A DNA stretch of 28,937 nucleotides from a virus (IMGVR_UViG_3300044641_006939:1-28937); one strand, 5' to 3'. Shown: positions 17,850-27,216, counted from the stretch's first letter. Notes: generated by a model from the letters alone, not told the origin. Numbers and translations are program-made.

Positions 17850-18190
17850 TGGTACGCTATCTTGTTCTAGTATGTAGTGTGAGTCTCGCGGCTTGCACTA
17901 CATATTCTCCACGTGCTCAATCTGAACAATACTGCGACCTTAAATCGGAAACAGTGGTCATTAAAGGTAAACACGGACAAGTTCAGGATGAGAGAACTAT
18001 CGAGGTTATGAAGTGTAATGATAATCAGGTAGACAGATTGTTTCATGCACAAAGTGGTATGGCACAAAATTGTGGCGAATACAAATATTTTATGACACTT
18101 AATAATCGACCAGTAGAACGGAGAGGATATGCCTGCAAAAAATTTGATGGTACTTACGAAATTGTGCCTCATCCTAGTATGTACCAATAG
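17849..18190 (+). CDS. Small Cys-containing lipoprotein with 17-kDa-antigen-like C-terminus
   Basis: Lipobox LAAC; C.EY...GYACKKFDGTYEIV. Confidence 0.7.
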   Translation: MVRYLVLVCSVSLAACTTYSPRAQSEQYCDLKSETVVIKGKHGQVQDERTIEVMKCNDNQVDRLFHAQSGMAQNCGEYKYFMTLNNRPVERRGYACKKFDGTYEIVPHPSMYQ

Positions 18191-18554
18191 TTTTGCTCAA
18201 AGTTGGGAAACACCAGTTTACGAAAATTGGCAACGTTCTGACAATCTTCCTGGATTTTTCTTTAACATTACTAAATGGTTTTCAAAAAGATTAAAACCTG
18301 AAGATGCAGCAATGCATACTCAAAGTGTATATCATGCATTGAACAATCTAGAAAATGGTGAACTGGTCGAATGGTTTAATCATAGAACAGATGCACAGGG
18401 CAAAACTAGAATCGTTTACACTTATCCAGGTAGTGGCAACATTTGCCGCAGAGTACATAGTTGGGTAAGGTTCGGTGCAGACGAAAAAAGTTTTCAAGAT
18501 ACTGCCTGTTATAATAATACAACAAATAGTTGGAATTTTATCGATAAATATTGA
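18129..18554 (+). CDS. Secreted protein, 17-kDa surface antigen (RT0821-like) domain
   Basis: Signal-like N-terminus; ALNN..NG..VEW.N, CRR, TAC....W pattern. Start could instead be ATG 18147. Confidence 0.65.
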   Translation: MPAKNLMVLTKLCLILVCTNSFAQSWETPVYENWQRSDNLPGFFFNITKWFSKRLKPEDAAMHTQSVYHALNNLENGELVEWFNHRTDAQGKTRIVYTYPGSGNICRRVHSWVRFGADEKSFQDTACYNNTTNSWNFIDKY

Positions 18555-18556
18555 CT

Positions 18557-20137
18557 ATGAAAATTACATTTGCCGATAAAGGTATAGCATGGCTTGCCTT
18601 ATTAAGCGGCCTTTCCATTTCTGCTGTTGCAGTTTACTATTCAGTCGCAGGACTGATTAGTATTTTCGCCGCCGCGGCGATTCCTATTGCTATTATGGGA
18701 ATAGTGCTTGAACTCAGCAAATTAGTAGCCACTGTTTGGTTAAAACAAAACTGGTTCATTGCACCAAGATTAATTAAGGCATATCTATTAATTGCAGTTA
18801 CCATTTTAATGGTAATTACATCCATGGGTATCTTTGGTTATTTGTCCAAGGCCCATTTAGATCAAGCAGTACCTACAGGCGATGTTGTTGCCAAAGTCGC
18901 ATTAATAGATGAAAAGATTAAAACAGAACGTGATAACATTGATGTTGCTAAAAAAGCACTACTGCAAATGGATGCACAGGTCGATGCTAGACTAAGTCGC
19001 AGTGACGATGAACGTGGTGCAGAACGTGCAGTACAAATTCGTAAAGCACAGGCCAAAGAACGTGCCAGCTTACAAGCAGATATTGCAAAGAGTCAAAAAG
19101 CTATTGCAGCATTAAACGTTGAACGTGCTCCAATCGCTAGCGAGTTACGCAAAGTAGAAGCCGAAGTAGGCCCGATTAAATATATTGCGGCTTTACTTTA
19201 TGGTGATAATCCGGATCAAAATGTTTTAGAACGTGCTGTACGTTGGGTAATAATTTTAATTGTTATCATTTTTGATCCACTGGCAGTTGTGATGTTATTA
19301 GCTAGTCAGTATAGTTTCCAATACTTTAGACGAGTCAAGGAGGAAGAAGATGCTGCTGCCGATATTATTACCGCACCTGATAGTGTACCTGTGGGTGGAC
19401 CTGTGGTTGGAAATGAACCCGTGGTTGAACAACCTATCGAACAACCCGTCGAAGAATCCGCAGAGCCAATAGTTGAATCTCAACGTGTAGAATATACAAG
19501 TCCTGGTCCTTGTCCACATTGTGGCAAGCATTTAATTGTCGCTCCTGGTATTGATACATTCTGTCCTGATAAAGAATGTGAATATAATAAATCAGGCAAT
19601 CCAGAAGTTGATGCTTTCTTCGCTCATTTAAGAGAAACGGCCAAAGAAATAGACGAAGGCAAATATGAAGCCGATGATGGTCCATTGACTGATGAGCAAA
19701 TTGCTCAATTACGTGAACAAGCCGAAGAAGATCTTCCTAAAGGCGATATAGTTAAAACTGATAACTTGTTCGAAGAGAATCAAGAACCATATCCTTTCCC
19801 TATGCAACGTCCTATAGAAGGAGATGCTAAGTTAGAACAGGACATTATTAATAGTATGCCTGTTTTAGAAAATGAAGAAACTTGGACTCAAAGAGTTATA
19901 GATGAGCAGGATGATCCCGAAGACACAGATGCAAAACGTCAATGGAAATTAGAAAATCCTAATGACACAATTAAAAGACAACGAGCATTATATGAAAAAG
20001 GTTTAATTGATCATCTTCCTTGGGAAACCATAGAAAAATTTGACGAAGAAAAAACTGCTGATAAAATAACATATGTTCAGAACCAAGAACAGAATCAAGA
20101 ATCAATTTGGCAGCAAATTAAGAAAAATCAAAGCTAA
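18557..20137 (+). CDS. Multi-TM coiled-coil protein with acidic tail and Zn-ribbon-like motif
   Basis: Three N-terminal TMs, a coiled coil, a further TM (RWVIILIVIIFDPLAVVMLLA), CPHC...CPDKEC; ATAAATA at 18544-18550. Confidence 0.75.
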   Translation: MKITFADKGIAWLALLSGLSISAVAVYYSVAGLISIFAAAAIPIAIMGIVLELSKLVATVWLKQNWFIAPRLIKAYLLIAVTILMVITSMGIFGYLSKAHLDQAVPTGDVVAKVALIDEKIKTERDNIDVAKKALLQMDAQVDARLSRSDDERGAERAVQIRKAQAKERASLQADIAKSQKAIAALNVERAPIASELRKVEAEVGPIKYIAALLYGDNPDQNVLERAVRWVIILIVIIFDPLAVVMLLASQYSFQYFRRVKEEEDAAADIITAPDSVPVGGPVVGNEPVVEQPIEQPVEESAEPIVESQRVEYTSPGPCPHCGKHLIVAPGIDTFCPDKECEYNKSGNPEVDAFFAHLRETAKEIDEGKYEADDGPLTDEQIAQLREQAEEDLPKGDIVKTDNLFEENQEPYPFPMQRPIEGDAKLEQDIINSMPVLENEETWTQRVIDEQDDPEDTDAKRQWKLENPNDTIKRQRALYEKGLIDHLPWETIEKFDEEKTADKITYVQNQEQNQESIWQQIKKNQS

Positions 20138-20144
20138 GTAAAAG

Positions 20145-20546
20145 ATGCATATTGGAAAAATTAATTTAATCACAGCACCTGACAGATTATATAATTCGAA
20201 TATTTCGTACCTTTTGGTGAAACCTAGTGCCAAACTGAAAATTCAATTTCAGCATAATCTAAAACAAATAGATGACGATGTTAATGTTTACATTTTTGAT
20301 GATACAGAAACTGACATCGATTGGCTGTTAAGTGTAGGCAAGATTGCAGATTTCATTATTGTAGATATAGATAATTGTGATTATCAAACAAAATTGTTTA
20401 TATCGCTTTTGCTGATTCAACCAAATTCTTACTACCTAACTAGTGACGAATCTACTCCTTGGTCTTTAATAAGTAGGAATAGGATTTTTAATTTGGACTG
20501 GGTATTAGAAGTTTTAAATGGAGATGACGAGGAAGACGATGCCTAA
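20145..20546 (+). CDS. Hypothetical protein
   Basis: 133 aa ORF. Confidence 0.75.
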   Translation: MHIGKINLITAPDRLYNSNISYLLVKPSAKLKIQFQHNLKQIDDDVNVYIFDDTETDIDWLLSVGKIADFIIVDIDNCDYQTKLFISLLLIQPNSYYLTSDESTPWSLISRNRIFNLDWVLEVLNGDDEEDDA

Positions 20547-20763
20547 AAAAGGAACTACAGTAATCCTTAGAGATGGAGACGATGTAAACAAGGCTCTAAG
20601 AAAATTAAAAAACAAAGTCGAAGAAGGCGGAGCATTAAAAGCTCTTCAAAAGAAAGAACATTACGAAAAACCCACAACTGCTCGAAAGCGTAAAAAAGCT
20701 GCTGGCAGAGCACGTTTCTTAAAGAAATTAGAAAAAGAACAATTACCAAAAAAGTTGTTTTAA
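20539..20763 (+). CDS. rpsU: Phage-encoded ribosomal protein bS21
   Basis: V..ALRKLK.KV, HYEKPTTARKRKKAA..AR signature; GAGGA SD before ATG 20539. Confidence 0.88.
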   Translation: MPKKGTTVILRDGDDVNKALRKLKNKVEEGGALKALQKKEHYEKPTTARKRKKAAGRARFLKKLEKEQLPKKLF

Positions 20764-20802
20764 TTAACAAAATCTAGTACAATAAAATTTTAGAAAGAAT
20801 TT

Positions 20803-21384
20803 ATGCTATCTGATATAATGATAGATTTGGAGACCTTGTCTACTTCAACAAATGCATCGATATTAACTATCGGTGCTGTAAAATTTGATCCGTTCAACAA
20901 CGATATCGATAATTCTACTTGCGAGAAGTTTTATCTAAAAGTAGACTTAGATAGTTGTGATGCACTAGGCTTAGATGTAAGCGAAGATACATTAGAATGG
21001 TGGAGTAAACAAAGTAAAGAAGCACAGGAAGAAGCTTTCAGTACAGACAATCGAATTCATATAAGAGAAGCATTTAATCAATTGTATAAATTTTGTTGGG
21101 GAGCCAAGCGTGTTTGGAGTCATGGTGCCGCTTTTGACATTGTTATTTGCGAAAACGTTTTTAGAAAACTTAATAAGGCAGTCCCTTGGAACTTCTGGGA
21201 AGTTAGGGATACTAGGACGCTTTTTGATTTAGGGATTGACCCTCAAAGACCTCCAGTGCTTAAACACCATGCTTTAGAAGATGCTTGGAATCAAGCAGTA
21301 GGCGTACAAAATGTATTTCAAAGGTTACGCAGCAGCACACAATTTAATGGAAAACTGATTCAGCCCTTGGCTAATCAGAGATAA
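20803..21384 (+). CDS. DEDDh 3'-5' exonuclease (Rv2179c-like)
   Basis: MIDLET, HG..FD, RDTRT, HHALEDA. Confidence 0.85.
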   Translation: MLSDIMIDLETLSTSTNASILTIGAVKFDPFNNDIDNSTCEKFYLKVDLDSCDALGLDVSEDTLEWWSKQSKEAQEEAFSTDNRIHIREAFNQLYKFCWGAKRVWSHGAAFDIVICENVFRKLNKAVPWNFWEVRDTRTLFDLGIDPQRPPVLKHHALEDAWNQAVGVQNVFQRLRSSTQFNGKLIQPLANQR

Positions 21385-21461
21385 ATAAAATTGTATATCG
21401 CCATACGGGTTATACAAAGGACATGAGTCCAAACAATCTTGCTTAATTAAGGAGAAAATGT
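21381..21461 (+). promoter_or_regulatory. Late-promoter motif plus three-hairpin leader ending in a ROSE-like RNA thermometer (dnaK)
   Basis: ATAAATA 21381-21387; stems ttgtata/tatacaa and ggac/gtcc; UCUUGCUU 21437-21444 pairs with SD AAGGAGA 21449-21455. Confidence 0.7.
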
Positions 21462-23339
21462 ATGAGCAAAATCATTGGTATCGATTTGGGTACAACAAAC
21501 AGTTGTGTAGCAGTAATTGAAAATGGCACAGTTAAAATTATTGAAAACAGTGAAGGTGCCAGAACTACTCCAAGTATCGTCGCATACACAAACGAAGAAA
21601 TTTTAGTTGGAGCACCAGCTAAACGTCAAGCAGTAACTAATCCTAAAAACACAATCTATGCAGCCAAGCGTTTAATCGGCCGCAAATTTAAAGAACAAGC
21701 AGTACAAAAAGATATCGATTTGATGCCTTACGAAATCACAGAGGCTAAAAATGGCGATGCATGGATTCGTGCTAACGACAAAGAATTAGCACCTCCTCAA
21801 ATTTCAGCAGAAGTTCTACGTAAAATGAAAAAAACTGCTGAAGACTATCTTGGTGCAGAAGTTACTCAAGCAGTTATCACCGTACCTGCATACTTCAACG
21901 ACAGTCAACGTCAAGCAACTAAAGATGCTGGTAAGATTGCTGGATTAGAAGTTCTACGTATTATTAACGAGCCTACCGCAGCAGCTCTTGCATATGGTGT
22001 AGATAAGACTGACAAGAAAGATCGTAAAGTTGCTGTTTATGATCTAGGTGGTGGTACTTTTGATGTTTCCATTATTGAAATCGCCAATGTAGATGGCGAT
22101 AAACAAATCGAAGTACTAAGCACAAATGGTGATACATTCCTTGGTGGCGAAGATTTTGATAATCGTATTATGGATCATCTTGTTTCCGAATTTAAAAAGG
22201 AACAAGGAATTGATTTGAGTAAAGACGTTATGGCACTACAGCGTCTAAAAGAAGCAGCAGAACGTACAAAGATTGAATTAAGTAATAGCACACAAACTGA
22301 CGTTAACCTTCCTTATATTACCGCAGATGCTACAGGTCCTAAACATCTTAATATTAAAGTAACTCGTGCAAAATTAGAGAGCTTAGTCGAAGATTTGATT
22401 CAACGTAGTCTTGCTCCTTGTCGTCAAGCATTAAATGATGCAAAAGTAACTGCCGCCGATATCGATGAAGTTATTTTAGTTGGTGGTCAAACACGTATGC
22501 CTAAGGTGCAAGAAGAAGTTGAAAAACTATTTGGCAAGACACCACGCAAAGATGTTAACCCTGATGAGGCAGTGGCTGCTGGTGCTGCGGTACAAGGTGC
22601 TGTGCTAGGAGGAGATCGTAAAGACGTTCTACTATTAGATGTCACTCCATTAAGTCTTGGTATTGAAACTATGGGCGGTATCTTTACTAAATTAATTACT
22701 AAGAATACAACTATTCCTACCAAAGCTAGTCAAGTGTTTAGTACTGCGGAAGATAATCAGCCAGCAGTTACTATCAAAATTGCACAGGGTGAGCGTGAAA
22801 TGTTCGCTTATAATAAATCATTAGGCGAATTTAACTTAGAAGGTATTGCACCTGCACGTAGAGGTGTTCCTCAAATCGAAGTTACAATTGATATCGATGC
22901 CAACGGCATTATGCATGTTAGTGCTAAAGATAAAAACACAGGTAAGGAAAATAAGATTACCATTAAGAGTGACAGTGGTTTAACTGCTGAAGAAATCGAA
23001 CGTATGGTACAAGATGCAGAAGTTAATGCAGAAGAGGATCGTAAACAACGTGAATTAATCGAGGCACGTAACAACGCCGAAGGTATAGTACATAATCTTC
23101 GTAATGATATGAAAGAAGTAGAATCAAATCTTACCGAAGAAGAAAAAACAAAGATTAACGAGGCTTGTCAGGCAGCAGAAGAGGCACATAAAGGCACAGA
23201 TAAAGAAAAAATTAATGAATGTATTTCAAAGCTTTTCGAAGTTCAACAAATCATTGCAACAGCGAAAAGTAAAACCGAATCTTCAAGTGGAAATTCCGAC
23301 GAAGTTGTAGTTGATGCAGAATTCAAGGAAACCACTTAA
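21462..23339 (+). CDS. dnaK: Hsp70 chaperone DnaK
   Basis: [35 protein letters not shown]-terminal VVDAEF. Confidence 0.97.
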   Translation: MSKIIGIDLGTTNSCVAVIENGTVKIIENSEGARTTPSIVAYTNEEILVGAPAKRQAVTNPKNTIYAAKRLIGRKFKEQAVQKDIDLMPYEITEAKNGDAWIRANDKELAPPQISAEVLRKMKKTAEDYLGAEVTQAVITVPAYFNDSQRQATKDAGKIAGLEVLRIINEPTAAALAYGVDKTDKKDRKVAVYDLGGGTFDVSIIEIANVDGDKQIEVLSTNGDTFLGGEDFDNRIMDHLVSEFKKEQGIDLSKDVMALQRLKEAAERTKIELSNSTQTDVNLPYITADATGPKHLNIKVTRAKLESLVEDLIQRSLAPCRQALNDAKVTAADIDEVILVGGQTRMPKVQEEVEKLFGKTPRKDVNPDEAVAAGAAVQGAVLGGDRKDVLLLDVTPLSLGIETMGGIFTKLITKNTTIPTKASQVFSTAEDNQPAVTIKIAQGEREMFAYNKSLGEFNLEGIAPARRGVPQIEVTIDIDANGIMHVSAKDKNTGKENKITIKSDSGLTAEEIERMVQDAEVNAEEDRKQRELIEARNNAEGIVHNLRNDMKEVESNLTEEEKTKINEACQAAEEAHKGTDKEKINECISKLFEVQQIIATAKSKTESSSGNSDEVVVDAEFKETT

Positions 23340-23344
23340 GACTT

Positions 23345-23400
23345 ATATTTGACGCCTTTGGGTCAAATATTGTATCTTGCTTAATTTAAGGAGAAATCAA
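23345..23400 (+). promoter_or_regulatory. Two-hairpin leader ending in a ROSE-like RNA thermometer (hsp20)
   Basis: Stem atatttgac/gtcaaatat (23345-23370); UCUUGCUU 23375-23382 pairs with AAGGAGA 23388-23394. Confidence 0.72.
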
Positions 23401-23850
23401 ATGACAATGAATGGTACAGTAGCACGTTTTGATACAACAGCATTAAACAAAGCTTTAGTAGGATTTGACAGATTGTTCGATACTTTCGAATCAAGATTTG
23501 CAAATCAGTTATCTACTAACTATCCTCCGCATAATATTGTTAAAACTGACGACACACATTATCAAATTGAAATAGCAGTTGCTGGTTTCAAAAAACATGA
23601 GATAAATGTTGAAGTTGAACAAGACATGCTAACAGTGAGGGGAGAATCAGAAGCAACTAACGAAACTTTAACTAGACAATACCTACACCGAGGTTTAAGT
23701 AGCAGAAGTTTTGTAAGAAGTTGGCAACTAGCAGAACATATGGTTGTAAATGGAGCCGAGATTAAAGACGGAATCTTAACTATTAGCCTTGAATATATTA
23801 TTCCAGAAGAAAAGAAAGCTCGAGTAATTGACATTGTAGAAGTTAAGTAA
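23401..23850 (+). CDS. hsp20: Small heat shock protein Hsp20 (IbpA-like)
   Basis: VGFDRLF, NYPPHNI, IEIAVAGF, YLHRGLSSRSF, DGILTI, IPEEKK...I.I. Start set at ATG 23401 by SD spacing. Confidence 0.95.
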   Translation: MTMNGTVARFDTTALNKALVGFDRLFDTFESRFANQLSTNYPPHNIVKTDDTHYQIEIAVAGFKKHEINVEVEQDMLTVRGESEATNETLTRQYLHRGLSSRSFVRSWQLAEHMVVNGAEIKDGILTISLEYIIPEEKKARVIDIVEVK

Positions 23851-23856
23851 TATAAT
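23828..23856 (+). promoter_or_regulatory. Sigma70 consensus promoter for clpS-hemO-pcyX, embedded in the hsp20 3' end
   Basis: TTGACA 23828-23833, 17 bp spacer, TATAAT 23851-23856. Confidence 0.75.
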
Positions 23857-23857
23857 A

Positions 23858-23887
23858 AGGGGAAAGTTTAACTTTCCCCTAATTTTT
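23858..23887 (+). terminator. Hairpin/putative intrinsic terminator after hsp20
   Basis: aggggaaagt-tta-actttcccct 10 bp stem followed by aattttt. Confidence 0.65.
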
Positions 23888-23899
23888 ATGGAGGCAGTG

Positions 23900-24205
23900 A
23901 TGGCAGTAGATTCTGATGTAAAAATCGACGAAAAAATTAAACAAAAATATCAAGAACCGAAAAAGTGGAAAGTCATATTTCTAAACGACGATTACACTCC
24001 GATGGATTTCGTTATAGAAGTATTAACAGAAGTTTTTAAACATAGCCAAGAAACTGCAAAAGAGATCACTATGGAGATACATAATAGTGGTAGTGGTATT
24101 GCAGGTGTTTATACATTCGACATAGCAGAAGCCAAAGCTGTCGAAGTAACCACAGTTGCTAGATCACAAGGATTCCCACTCCAAGTTAAAATGGAAGAAG
24201 AATGA
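23900..24205 (+). CDS. clpS: N-degron adaptor ClpS
   Basis: VIFLNDDYTPMDFV, IH..G.G.AGVY..DIAE.K, FPL; GGAGG SD 23890-23894. Confidence 0.93.
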   Translation: MAVDSDVKIDEKIKQKYQEPKKWKVIFLNDDYTPMDFVIEVLTEVFKHSQETAKEITMEIHNSGSGIAGVYTFDIAEAKAVEVTTVARSQGFPLQVKMEEE

Positions 24206-24744
24206 GTTTACGTGAAATAACCAAAGAGTTACATGCAGACGCAGAAAGAACTATATTTGCTAAAAAACTTGTAACAGGATCATTTACTAAAGAAGAATAT
24301 GCTAACTATCTTTGGCAAATGGTTCTCGTTTATAACGGAATAGAAACTTCGGCAAATAGTCAAGGTATGTTAAAAAACTTACCTGACATTGAACGAGCAC
24401 ACAAAATCTATCAAGACTGTATCGAACTAGTAGGTAATAATCATAATCTTAAGTGGTTGCCAGAAACTATTGAATATTATCAATATGTACTAGCTCTTAA
24501 CTATGACACTGAAAGACGTCATTTAGTTAAAGCACACTTGTATTGTCGTCATATGGGTGATTTATTTGGCGGACAAATTATTGCTAAAAAATGTCCAGGC
24601 CAAGGCCGCTTTTATCAATTCAAAGATGCTGAAAATTTGAAAACTGCTATAAGAGCAGAGTTAACAGATGACTTAGGCGACGAAGCCAAAGTTGCTTTTC
24701 AATGGGCAATTAAAATTATGAAAGCTTTGGTAAAAGATGAGTGA
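24202..24744 (+). CDS. hemO: Heme oxygenase
   Basis: LRE.TKELH..AE (proximal His), AHLYCRHMGDLFGGQII, EA..AF. Confidence 0.92.
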   Translation: MSLREITKELHADAERTIFAKKLVTGSFTKEEYANYLWQMVLVYNGIETSANSQGMLKNLPDIERAHKIYQDCIELVGNNHNLKWLPETIEYYQYVLALNYDTERRHLVKAHLYCRHMGDLFGGQIIAKKCPGQGRFYQFKDAENLKTAIRAELTDDLGDEAKVAFQWAIKIMKALVKDE

Positions 24745-25417
24745 TGTTTGGAATACACTAATTGGCATACAGAATTTACTAGAAGACAAATTTAATGAAA
24801 CCGGCAGAGAAATACATGAGCCTGGCATGGATCGTTTTAACCAGCCTGGTTGGGTTAATCGCGTATGGAGTGGCGAACGTTATCGCAGAGCACACATAGA
24901 TGTCGTTGATGCCAGAGAAACAAAAGGTCTTTGGATGATGCATTGCTGTGTTTTTCCACATATCCATAATCCTGCTCCAATATATGGATTTGATGTAATA
25001 GCCGGTAAGAACAAAATTACCGGTTGTTTTCACGATTTCAGTCCAGCAGGCGATCACGAACATCCCTTAATAGATTGGTTCTCTGCTGAAGCGGCCAAAT
25101 TACGGTGGAATAAAACTAGAAAATTACCAGATTGGGCAGAGCGTATTTTTACTGGTAGTATGATAGCTGCGGGCAACGTTCAAGACGAGAATGAACTAAA
25201 TCAGATATTTGATATCGCAAATCGTAGTATAAGACACTATCTGAATTGTGTAGCCGAATCTAATTTTACACATAAAAACACTATACCTAATCAGAACTAT
25301 TACTGCGAAAATCAAAAACAAAACCCGCATACACCCAAAGTTATGGCTAGTTTAGGGCTCGATGAAGAAGATGTGCGTGTTTTTATACAGGACTGCTTGT
25401 TCCCTGAAATACGCTAA
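24737..25417 (+). CDS. pcyX: Ferredoxin-dependent bilin reductase, PcyX-type
   Basis: RRAHIDVVD, WMMHCCVFP, PIYGFDVIAG, FHDFSP, R.LPDWA..IF, QN.YC..QKQNPHT; directly follows the heme oxygenase gene. Confidence 0.85.
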   Translation: MSDVWNTLIGIQNLLEDKFNETGREIHEPGMDRFNQPGWVNRVWSGERYRRAHIDVVDARETKGLWMMHCCVFPHIHNPAPIYGFDVIAGKNKITGCFHDFSPAGDHEHPLIDWFSAEAAKLRWNKTRKLPDWAERIFTGSMIAAGNVQDENELNQIFDIANRSIRHYLNCVAESNFTHKNTIPNQNYYCENQKQNPHTPKVMASLGLDEEDVRVFIQDCLFPEIR

Positions 25418-25427
25418 ATATTAGACT

Positions 25428-26831
25428 ATGCGAGCAAATGAATTCTTAGTAGAAGCTACCCTATCTAGCGGCACAACTTTCACTAGTTGGCCAACATATC
25501 TTCAAGGACTTTTATCCGGCAACATAAGTTTAGGTACTTCGGGTGAAAAAGCACAAGGTTTAGAATTAGATTTAGAATCTAAAAATGCAGTTAAATCACT
25601 AATTGATGGAGTTTATACTGCAACAGACAAAGGGCAATATGCTCTGCAAATAGCAAATACTGTTTTAACTTTTACCAATGGAACACAGGCAAAAATAAGT
25701 CATATATTTAAAAGTCCTGGACTTAAAGGTTCAACAGATGCTATTCCTGCTCTTCAAACAAGAACTGCTGGATTAGTAGCAGAAGCACTACTTGGTGTAG
25801 CCATGTATGCCAAATTAATTTCAAGAGGCGGTGACCTTACAGCAGAAATTACTTCAGAGGATGTCTGGAATATTGTAGGTAGAATTAAACCACAAGGATC
25901 AGATTCTTTAGTAGACAACGTAAAAGACATTGATAATAAAGTTTCAGATTCTATAAGCCTTGTTATTACTCTAGCAACAGATATTCAAGAAGTTTTAACG
26001 AATCCAAAATATCAGTCGATGTTTAAAGAAAAAGTCCAGAGTTGGTGTAACTATGTGAATGCAGATCTTTCACAAAAATATGCAGACACTTTGTACAAAA
26101 ATAATAGACCAGATAACGTTACTATTAGATTAGCAGGTAAAGAAGGCGGCAAGGTCGATGTGCTGATAAATGTTCTTGACAAAGAAGGTCGTCCAACTAA
26201 AAAATTAGCACAAGTAAAGTTAAGTGTTAAATTATCTGACAGTCTAATTGGTCAACAAGCAAGAGGTAAAACACACGAAGAAGTATATGTTAATTTAGAA
26301 AAATTATTTGATCCTTTAGGTGTAGATTTATCTTTAAAGAAAGCTAAAATTTTAAAAGCAGCATTGACATCAGGCATACATAATCAATTTGCAGGTGCAA
26401 TGGAAGTTGCATATAAAGAAGCTGCTAATCAGTTATCTAGAATTGCTAAGGGAGAAAAAAATGATGTGTCCTTAGCACAACGAGTTGCAAAATTAACAGA
26501 CTATCATGCCACAGCAAATGACCCTGAAATACAAGTAATCGAACAAAGCCCTGGCGGTGACTATAGATTGTTAAACTACAAAGGGTTAAAACAAGTTTTT
26601 GCTAAAAATAATATAGATGTAGCTATTGATTATTCTGCAGGAGTTTCATCCAAAATTCAGGAAGGCTCTATGCCTAGAATAATTTTTTATGATAAAAATA
26701 CTCCTGGTAAAGCTGGAAAATTAGTTGAGATTAGATACAGGGCAAGAGGAAATTATGCTAATCATATAATTGAGCCTGGGTCGTTGCTAAAGGAATTAGC
26801 AGCATATAATAGATTTAAGAAATCTAAGTAA
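25428..26831 (+). CDS. Hypothetical protein, possible PD-(D/E)XK nuclease-like fold; candidate packaged protein
   Basis: 467 aa; N-terminal MRANEFLVEA; GLVAE...KVDV...LSVK; CTAAATA at 25414-25420. Confidence 0.6.
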   Translation: MRANEFLVEATLSSGTTFTSWPTYLQGLLSGNISLGTSGEKAQGLELDLESKNAVKSLIDGVYTATDKGQYALQIANTVLTFTNGTQAKISHIFKSPGLKGSTDAIPALQTRTAGLVAEALLGVAMYAKLISRGGDLTAEITSEDVWNIVGRIKPQGSDSLVDNVKDIDNKVSDSISLVITLATDIQEVLTNPKYQSMFKEKVQSWCNYVNADLSQKYADTLYKNNRPDNVTIRLAGKEGGKVDVLINVLDKEGRPTKKLAQVKLSVKLSDSLIGQQARGKTHEEVYVNLEKLFDPLGVDLSLKKAKILKAALTSGIHNQFAGAMEVAYKEAANQLSRIAKGEKNDVSLAQRVAKLTDYHATANDPEIQVIEQSPGGDYRLLNYKGLKQVFAKNNIDVAIDYSAGVSSKIQEGSMPRIIFYDKNTPGKAGKLVEIRYRARGNYANHIIEPGSLLKELAAYNRFKKSK

Positions 26832-26839
26832 ATAAAATT

Positions 26840-27181
26840 ATGAAAACACTACTAGCTGCCATCTTACTGGCCACTACAGCCGTGGCAGCTACAGCTGAAC
26901 CTCGATCAAAACAAGTTAAGTTCGTGTGTGCAAGTTTTGAAGATCTTGAAGCGACCATAGAAAGATACGGTGAAAAAATGGTTATAGCTACACAAGCTCC
27001 TAACGAACTAACTGTAAACATACTTTATGTAAATTTAGAAACACAAACTTCAAGCTGGATTTTACATGATTTACGAACAGACGAATATTGTATGGTCGGC
27101 GTAGGTAAAGCTATACACATTCCAGATGATAGTCCGCTTAAACAGGACTCTGTGAAAGGAACAAGAATAATTTATAAGTAA
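26840..27181 (+). CDS. Secreted/periplasmic hypothetical protein
   Basis: Signal peptide MKTLLAAILLATTAVAATA; two Cys. Confidence 0.75.
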   Translation: MKTLLAAILLATTAVAATAEPRSKQVKFVCASFEDLEATIERYGEKMVIATQAPNELTVNILYVNLETQTSSWILHDLRTDEYCMVGVGKAIHIPDDSPLKQDSVKGTRIIYK

Positions 27182-27206
27182 GCCTGGAAATTCCAGGCTT
27201 TTTTTT
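27180..27206 (+). terminator. Intrinsic terminator
   Basis: aagcctggaa-a-ttccaggctt inverted repeat followed by a T run. Confidence 0.85.
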
Positions 27207-27216
27207 GGAGTGAAAT

